Below, in pieces: positions 56,603 to 64,000 of a stretch of 64,000 nucleotides of DNA (within the stretch, counting starts at the first letter, position 1; each line of letters starts with the position of its first letter). Position numbers and translations under genes: made by a program. The DNA is from Planctomycetota bacterium (GTDB lineage Bacteria; Planctomycetota; SZUA-567; H5-PLA8), in the NCBI GenBank assembly GCA_038227875.1, contig JBBRPR010000006.1, forward strand, positions 128,001 through 192,000, given 5' to 3'. Under the pieces are notes generated by a model. The model searched no databases. It was not told the DNA's origin and was given only the letters and a program-made list of their open reading frames with translations.

Positions 56603-56765
56603 GGGCACCCACGACTCTCCGGCGCGAAGCGCTTTCGGGTGGATCGTGTGTGATCTCCGTATCGGTCTCTTCTCCTTTATAATTTGTGCTCTTCTGATTC
56701 GCTGCGAGCAGTCGCGCCGTAAGACCGTGTCGCAAGCCCGGACCCCATTCAGGACAGGAGAGTGA

Positions 56766-58724
<1,959 letters not shown>

Positions 58725-58806
58725 CGGACGGTTGGGATCGGGGATCAGGCATCGGGCGGTAAGTGGACGCCCGAGGCTCGGCCCGGTCGAGTCGTCATTG
58801 GTCGTC

Positions 58807-59358
58807 CTATTTCCATATTTCAGTAAAGACTAAGCCGCGAAGCGCGGCCACCTTTGCGAACTCTACAAAATCCGCTGAAACAATTATTTTTGTCTGTAAG
58901 AGTTGCGGCACGATAAAAATCGAGTGTGCTTCAATTCGCTGATCCAAAAAAGTGAACTTCTTAACGGTTATTAGTCGACCATCATCGAACCGCGGCCCCA
59001 CGCAACTGTCTACATCCAAACAATCCACAACACGCGTACAGTTGAAGACGAAATAGGAACCGTCGGAGCACTGTACTGGGAGAATTTCACCGTTTGAAGT
59101 GAGATGGTTTCCTAGCGCTGTTGTTGCTCGTTCCGAGAAAATGGGAAACCCGATAAAGGACGTTGGATAGTCAAGCGAGTGCTTGCTCTTCTTGGTGCCA
59201 CGCGCGTTTTTAACGACGCGCTTGATCTCTAGTCCATTCCACCCTTCCGCAATCGGCTTTCCATTGAGCAATTCCAATACCCACGAAGCATCCTCCTCTT
59301 TTGCAAATACGATGCTTGTCGAGTTTGAGTGGTCTGGCTCAAGCAGGAATAGTTTCAT
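58807..59358 (-). CDS. Imm11 (DUF1629)-like immunity protein, low GC
   Basis: PIFSERA, GEILPV, YFVFN....DCLD, IF.VP, IVS..FVE......L.GL.F pattern. Confidence 0.75.
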   Translation of the reverse strand: MKLFLLEPDHSNSTSIVFAKEEDASWVLELLNGKPIAEGWNGLEIKRVVKNARGTKKSKHSLDYPTSFIGFPIFSERATTALGNHLTSNGEILPVQCSDGSYFVFNCTRVVDCLDVDSCVGPRFDDGRLITVKKFTFLDQRIEAHSIFIVPQLLQTKIIVSADFVEFAKVAALRGLVFTEIWK

Positions 59359-59384
59359 GATGAGCAGGCCTTGCTTTCAAACGT

Positions 59385-60200
59385 TCAAGTCGCCGCCTCA
59401 AATAGCAGCACACTCGCCGCTACCGCCGCATTCAAACTCTCCGCATTCCCCTTGAGCGGAATCGTCACACGTTCCGTACAGGTTTTCTCCACGTCTTCAG
59501 GAAGCCCATCTCCTTCGCTGCCAATGCACAGCGCCAGTGGGCGCGTTTTGAAATCAAACTTCTTGTACGGCGTACCATCGCGCGCGACTGTCGCCACAAG
59601 GCGGATTTTGCGGATGTCGGCCTGGTTGAGAAGTTCGTCGGTCTTCAGGCGCAGAATCGGCAGCGAGAGCAGCCCCGACGCCGTGGCGCGGACGACTTTC
59701 TGATTGAACGCGTCGACCGTGCCTTCCAGCGAAACTAGCGCCGTCGCGCCGGCCGCTTCGCAGGAGCGGATCAGCGCGCCGATGTTTCCTGGGTCCTGCA
59801 AGCCGCAGGCGACAACGATCAGCGCGTCCTTCGCCGCAAAAACGTCAGCGGCTTTCCATTCCGGAATGCGCACAATCGCGGCGATGCCCTGCGGCGTAAC
59901 GACGTCGGTGATCTTCTTGAAGACGTCTTTGCTCACGCGGACCAGCGGGATGTTCTTCGCCTGCGCCTGCTCGACCAGGCTCAAATCGCTGCCCAGAATA
60001 TGATCGGAGAAAATGATTTCGTGCACGACGATGTGCGGCAGCGCCAGCGCGGCTTCCACCGAACGCGTGCCTTCCAGCATGAACCGCTTGCGTTCGCGGC
60101 GGACGTTGCCGTCGGTGCGGAGGTCGACGTAGTCCTTCACGCGTTGATTCTGAGCGGACGAGAGCATGGTGAGTTCGGTGAGCGGCTGGGATTGGGCCAT
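59385..60200 (-). CDS. SpoU/TrmH family RNA methyltransferase
   Basis: LQDPGNIGALIRS, GSEGDGL, IPLKG.AESLNAAVA. Confidence 0.93.
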   Translation of the reverse strand: MAQSQPLTELTMLSSAQNQRVKDYVDLRTDGNVRRERKRFMLEGTRSVEAALALPHIVVHEIIFSDHILGSDLSLVEQAQAKNIPLVRVSKDVFKKITDVVTPQGIAAIVRIPEWKAADVFAAKDALIVVACGLQDPGNIGALIRSCEAAGATALVSLEGTVDAFNQKVVRATASGLLSLPILRLKTDELLNQADIRKIRLVATVARDGTPYKKFDFKTRPLALCIGSEGDGLPEDVEKTCTERVTIPLKGNAESLNAAVAASVLLFEAAT

Positions 60201-60432
60201 GGGTGGCGGTGCTGCTTTCTTAGAAAAGAGGTTGGCGGTTGAATCGTGCTCTATAAGGTAGCGCAAATGCGCAAGTGCGCCACGCACTGGCGCACTATTT
60301 CGCAGGTCAGAGTCCGGAATATTCCGCCGAGGTAGCCTGTTGAGCATAATGCCAACGGTCGCCGCGCGGCTATTAAACCGCGCCGGCGTTTTCGGAGGGG
60401 TCGGGCCAGATCAGGAGAGTTCAGGAGAAATC

Positions 60433-62820
60433 ATGAAACAGCTCGCTCTGTTGTGCGTGCTTGCGCTATTAAGCGCCGCCGCGTGGGCAGAAACAATCAA
60501 TGTGGACGCCGGAGCCAACCGCCGGCCGATCGATCCCCGCATCTACGGCGTCAACAACGCCGCGCAGTCGCAAGTCAGTGATTTAAATGTCACAATCAAC
60601 CGCCAGGGCGGCAACAACACCAGCCGTTACAACTGGCTGCTCAACGCCGACAACCGCGCCAAGGATTACTTTTTCGAAAGCATCGGTTATCCCAGCACCG
60701 TGGCCGGCGAACACGGCGACACACACATTTCCGGAACAAAGGCCGCCGGCGCGGAACCGATGGTCACGATCCCGATGCTCGACTGGGTCGCCAAGCTGAC
60801 TCCCGCGCGCGATATTCTGCCGAGCTTCTCCGTCGCCAAGTACGGCGCGCAGCAGTACACCGATCCGTTCAACGCGGACTACGGCAACGGCGTGAAACCC
60901 AATGGCTCGTTCATTGCCGGCAACGATCCCAACGACGCGAACGTGGCGTCTGACGTGAATTTTCAAGCCAATTGGATCAACCACATCATCGGAAAATTCA
61001 ACCCCGCGGCCAACGGCGGCCTGCGCTACTACATGCTCGACAATGAACCGGGCCTCTGGCACTCCGACCACCGCGATGTCCATCCCATCGGCGCGACGAT
61101 GGTGGAAGTGCGCGACCGCATGATCAACTTCGCCACGAAGATCAAAGCACTCGACGCCAACGCGACGGTGATCGGTCCGGAAGAGTGGAATTACGAAGGC
61201 TACTTCTTCAGCGGATACGACGAACAGTACCGCGCTGCCAACGGCTTCAACAACGCGCCGGACAAGATGTCGCACGGCAACATGGATTGGCTGCCGTGGC
61301 TGCTCGATCAGCTTCATCAGAAGGACATGATGAGCGGCCAGCGGCTGCTGGACATCTTCAGCGTGCATTACTATCCACAGGACCGCGGCGACAACGGCGT
61401 GCTCTTCAGCGACGATGTCACGCCCGCAGTCCAGGCGCGCCGCAACCGCGCCACGCGTTCGCTCTGGGATCCCACTTACCTCGACGAATCGTACCTCGGC
61501 GACAATGGCGAAAAGATCAATCTGATTCCGCGGCTGAAGGGCTGGGTCAACCAGTACTATCCCGGCACGCTGGTCGCCGTGAACGAGTACAGCTTCGGCG
61601 CGGAGGGCGACATCAACGGCGCCACCGCGCAGGCCGATGCCATGGGCATCTTTGGTCGCGAAGGCCTCGACATGGCCTGCCGCTGGGAAGTACCCGGCAC
61701 CGGCACGCCGGCCTACAACGCAATCAAAATGTACCGCAACTACGACGGCGCGAAGTCCACGTTCGGCGAGATCAGCATCAAAGCCGACGTGACGCAGCCC
61801 GACAACCTCGCCGCATTTGCCGCGGTACGTACCAGCACCGGCGAGCTGACGGTAATGGTGATCAATAAGATCGCCGCGGATACCCCGGTCGCAATCAATC
61901 TGGCCAATTTCACGCCCGGCATCTCGGCGCAGGCCTGGCAATTGACGGCTGCGAACACGATTTCCCGATTGGCCGACGTCAACATGGCCGGCACGACGCT
62001 GAGCACCACGGTGCCCATGCAGAGCATCACGCTCTTCATCATTCCGACGTCGTCGGGAACGCCGGGAAACAATCCGCCGGTGATTCAGTCGACCGCAACC
62101 GCGCAGCCCAACCCCGCGATCACCGGTCAGTCGATCAGCTTCAACGTGGCCGCCACCGACGCGGACGGCGATGCGCTGACTTACGCTTGGAATTTCGGCG
62201 ACGGCACTCACGCTGCGACGGCGCAGGCCACTCACAGTTACAGCGCCGCCGGCAATTACGCAGCGACCGTGACGGTGATGGATACGCACAGCGGCGTGGT
62301 CATCAGTTCCGTGAATGTCACGGTCACTGCGATGGGATCGGGGGGAAACGGCGGCGGCACGTCCGACCCCACTATCCTCCAGGTGAACAAGCTGAACATT
62401 GGGCTCGCGTTCACATCTCAGAGCAAGGATACGCTGCAACTTTCCGCGTCGCTGCCGAGCCTGCCGGCGGGATTCACGGCCACTGGAAAAATGTTGATCT
62501 TGAATCTTAACGGAATGCCGTTCCCCTACGTTCTCGACGCGAAGGGAAAAGGAAGCGCCAACGGCGGTTCGGCCATGCTGCAGTTGAAAGGCAAACGCGA
62601 TCCGAAAACGAAACTGACGCTCTTCCCCGGCGGGAGCGCGCCGCTGAGCATCCGGCTGAAAGGCGCGAACCTGGCGGACACGCTGGATGTCGACGCCACA
62701 ACGGAAAGCGGCCCAATCACCGAGCATCTCGAGATCATCCTCGATGGCGTGACGTACGCGGCGGACGTTCAGGCTGGCTACATCGCCAAGAGCGGCAAGA
62801 GCGGAAAGCTAACCAAATGA
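60433..62820 (+). CDS. Secreted glycoside hydrolase family 44 with PKD domain and unknown C-terminal domain
   Basis: IYGVN, R.GGN..SRYNW, LDNEPGLW...HRDVHP, GPEEW, HYYPQ, QADAMGIFGREG; PKD WNFGDG. Confidence 0.9.
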   Translation: MKQLALLCVLALLSAAAWAETINVDAGANRRPIDPRIYGVNNAAQSQVSDLNVTINRQGGNNTSRYNWLLNADNRAKDYFFESIGYPSTVAGEHGDTHISGTKAAGAEPMVTIPMLDWVAKLTPARDILPSFSVAKYGAQQYTDPFNADYGNGVKPNGSFIAGNDPNDANVASDVNFQANWINHIIGKFNPAANGGLRYYMLDNEPGLWHSDHRDVHPIGATMVEVRDRMINFATKIKALDANATVIGPEEWNYEGYFFSGYDEQYRAANGFNNAPDKMSHGNMDWLPWLLDQLHQKDMMSGQRLLDIFSVHYYPQDRGDNGVLFSDDVTPAVQARRNRATRSLWDPTYLDESYLGDNGEKINLIPRLKGWVNQYYPGTLVAVNEYSFGAEGDINGATAQADAMGIFGREGLDMACRWEVPGTGTPAYNAIKMYRNYDGAKSTFGEISIKADVTQPDNLAAFAAVRTSTGELTVMVINKIAADTPVAINLANFTPGISAQAWQLTAANTISRLADVNMAGTTLSTTVPMQSITLFIIPTSSGTPGNNPPVIQSTATAQPNPAITGQSISFNVAATDADGDALTYAWNFGDGTHAATAQATHSYSAAGNYAATVTVMDTHSGVVISSVNVTVTAMGSGGNGGGTSDPTILQVNKLNIGLAFTSQSKDTLQLSASLPSLPAGFTATGKMLILNLNGMPFPYVLDAKGKGSANGGSAMLQLKGKRDPKTKLTLFPGGSAPLSIRLKGANLADTLDVDATTESGPITEHLEIILDGVTYAADVQAGYIAKSGKSGKLTK

Positions 62821-62879
62821 GCGGAATCGCTGCGCGGCTGCGCCGTTAGGCGCCGCCGCGACGCGCCAAGCCGCTTAAG

Positions 62880-62909
62880 AACCGCCGCGACTGCGGCGGT
62901 TTTCATTTT
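62880..62909 (+). terminator. Intrinsic terminator after GH44
   Basis: AACCGCCGC-GACT-GCGGCGGTT-TTCATTTT. Confidence 0.75.
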
Positions 62910-62931
62910 ACGATTTTTCAAAACTTAAGAA

Positions 62932-62960
62932 TTGACAGCTTCATGAGCTGGCGGTATGAA
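62932..62960 (+). promoter_or_regulatory. Sigma70 promoter with overlapping palindromic operator candidate
   Basis: TTGACA-N17-TATGAA; CAGCT-TCATG-AGCTG in the spacer. Confidence 0.55.
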
Positions 62961-62987
62961 CACCGGTGGCTTAGCCACAGGATGACC

Positions 62988-63800
62988 ATGAACCAGCAGC
63001 TCGTCAAAGACCCGATCTACTTCCAGCTCAACGGGCTGCTCCGCGACCTCATCCGCACGGGGCAGTTCCGCAAGGGCGACCAGTTTCTGACCGAACGCGA
63101 AATCGCGACGCGCTTTGGCATCAGCCGCGCCACCGCCAACAAGGCGCTCTCGTCGCTCGTCGCCGAGGGCATCGTCAGCTTCAAAAAAGGCGTCGGCACA
63201 TTTGTCCAGAGCGACCTGCTAGACTACGACCTGCGCACGCTCCAGAGCTTCACCGAGAAGGCCCGTGCGGCCGGACGCGTGCCCAGCACCCGGGTGCTGG
63301 CTTTTTCGACCGCCATCGCCGGCAATATGCCTGCTGAAATCGTCGAAGCGCTGAAGCTGCTCTCCAACGAGCAGGCGTACTATCTCGAACGCCTGCGCCT
63401 GGCGGACAAAGCCCCGGTGATCCTCGAGCGGCGCTACATCGCGGCGCGCCATTGCCCGAACCTATCGCGTGCGGCGATTGAAGGCTCGCTCTACGAAGTA
63501 CTGACGGAGCAATTCCATCTCGACATCACGGGCGCCGACGAGACCATCCGCGCGGTGCTGATCACCGGCGCGCACGCCGATGCGCTGAAAGTGCCGCAGA
63601 ATTCCGCGGGCCTGCTCGTCGAAGCGGTCGGGTTCGCCAATGGTTCCGATCCGGTCTGGCACGAACAGACGTTGTACCGCGGCGACGCTTACGAATTCCG
63701 CAATCACCTCGGACCGATCCGCACCGGCCGCCCCGCGTCTGGAGCATTGATTTCGATGAAGAGCACGACCAAAAATAAGTCCACGAAGGAGAAACTATGA
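62988..63800 (+). CDS. GntR (HutC/UTRA) transcriptional regulator
   Basis: PIYFQL, TEREIA..FGISRAT..KAL, G.GTFV, UTRA ERLR..D..P..LE. Confidence 0.93.
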   Translation: MNQQLVKDPIYFQLNGLLRDLIRTGQFRKGDQFLTEREIATRFGISRATANKALSSLVAEGIVSFKKGVGTFVQSDLLDYDLRTLQSFTEKARAAGRVPSTRVLAFSTAIAGNMPAEIVEALKLLSNEQAYYLERLRLADKAPVILERRYIAARHCPNLSRAAIEGSLYEVLTEQFHLDITGADETIRAVLITGAHADALKVPQNSAGLLVEAVGFANGSDPVWHEQTLYRGDAYEFRNHLGPIRTGRPASGALISMKSTTKNKSTKEKL

Positions 63801-64000
63801 AACTCGGTTTTGTCAGCGCGATTCTGCCCGAATTGAATCTGACCGAAGTCCTGCAGTTCGCGTCCACGGAAAAGTTTGATTGCGTCGAGTTGATGTGCTG
63901 GCCGACGGGCAAGGCGGAGCGCCGCTACGCCGGCGTCACCCACATCGATGCCGCCACGCTGGATGCCGGTGAAGCACGCAAGATTAACGAACTCTGTGCC
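63797..64000 (+). CDS. Sugar phosphate isomerase/epimerase (TIM-barrel), partial
   Basis: [53 protein letters not shown] overlap with GntR; GGAG RBS. Confidence 0.85.
   Translation, partial: MKLGFVSAILPELNLTEVLQFASTEKFDCVELMCWPTGKAERRYAGVTHIDAATLDAGEARKINELCA

Noticed and set aside
58725..58806. Integron attC site after the low-GC orphan genes
   Set aside because: No RYYYAAC/GTTRRRY-bounded palindrome and no integrase.

Overview
GC-rich bacterial chromosomal window, roughly 60-65% GC by eye. The gene content suggests Planctomycetota or a PVC relative (inference): PQQ-like propeller, FGE domain, membrane Ser/Thr kinase, TPR/Sm-like secreted proteins, eukaryote-type ProRS. It holds about 45 genes, mostly housekeeping or envelope. 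These include a ferritin-like/DUF362 fusion coupled to a CrtI-like oxidoreductase, system II cytochrome c biogenesis (resB/ccsA-like), a tandem PTPS/QueD, and a copper locus (Cys-rich HAPP leader ORF, multicopper oxidase, TolC). Also present: a FecCD/Btu-type ABC importer, msrB, two GT4s, a peptidase-EamA-amidase operon, a CPA2 antiporter, proS, a glycosylasparaginase, a heparinase II/III-like lyase, TPP riboswitch plus thiC, an orphan Imm11-like gene, a trmH-family gene, GH44-PKD and GntR. I saw no rRNA, tRNA, CRISPR array or transposase. The most unusual signals are non-coding: (1) a gene-less promoter-boxA-hairpins-terminator unit at 50247-50696 (minus strand) that shares 10-bp triple repeats and AAATTT-centred palindromes with two other intergenic regions; (2) a REP-doublet/MITE family with conserved internal sequence; (3) heptamer inverted-repeat elements. 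On the protein side, two paralogous receiver-like orphan proteins and a candidate C-terminal sorting domain stand out. All calls come from reading the sequence by eye; no searches were run.
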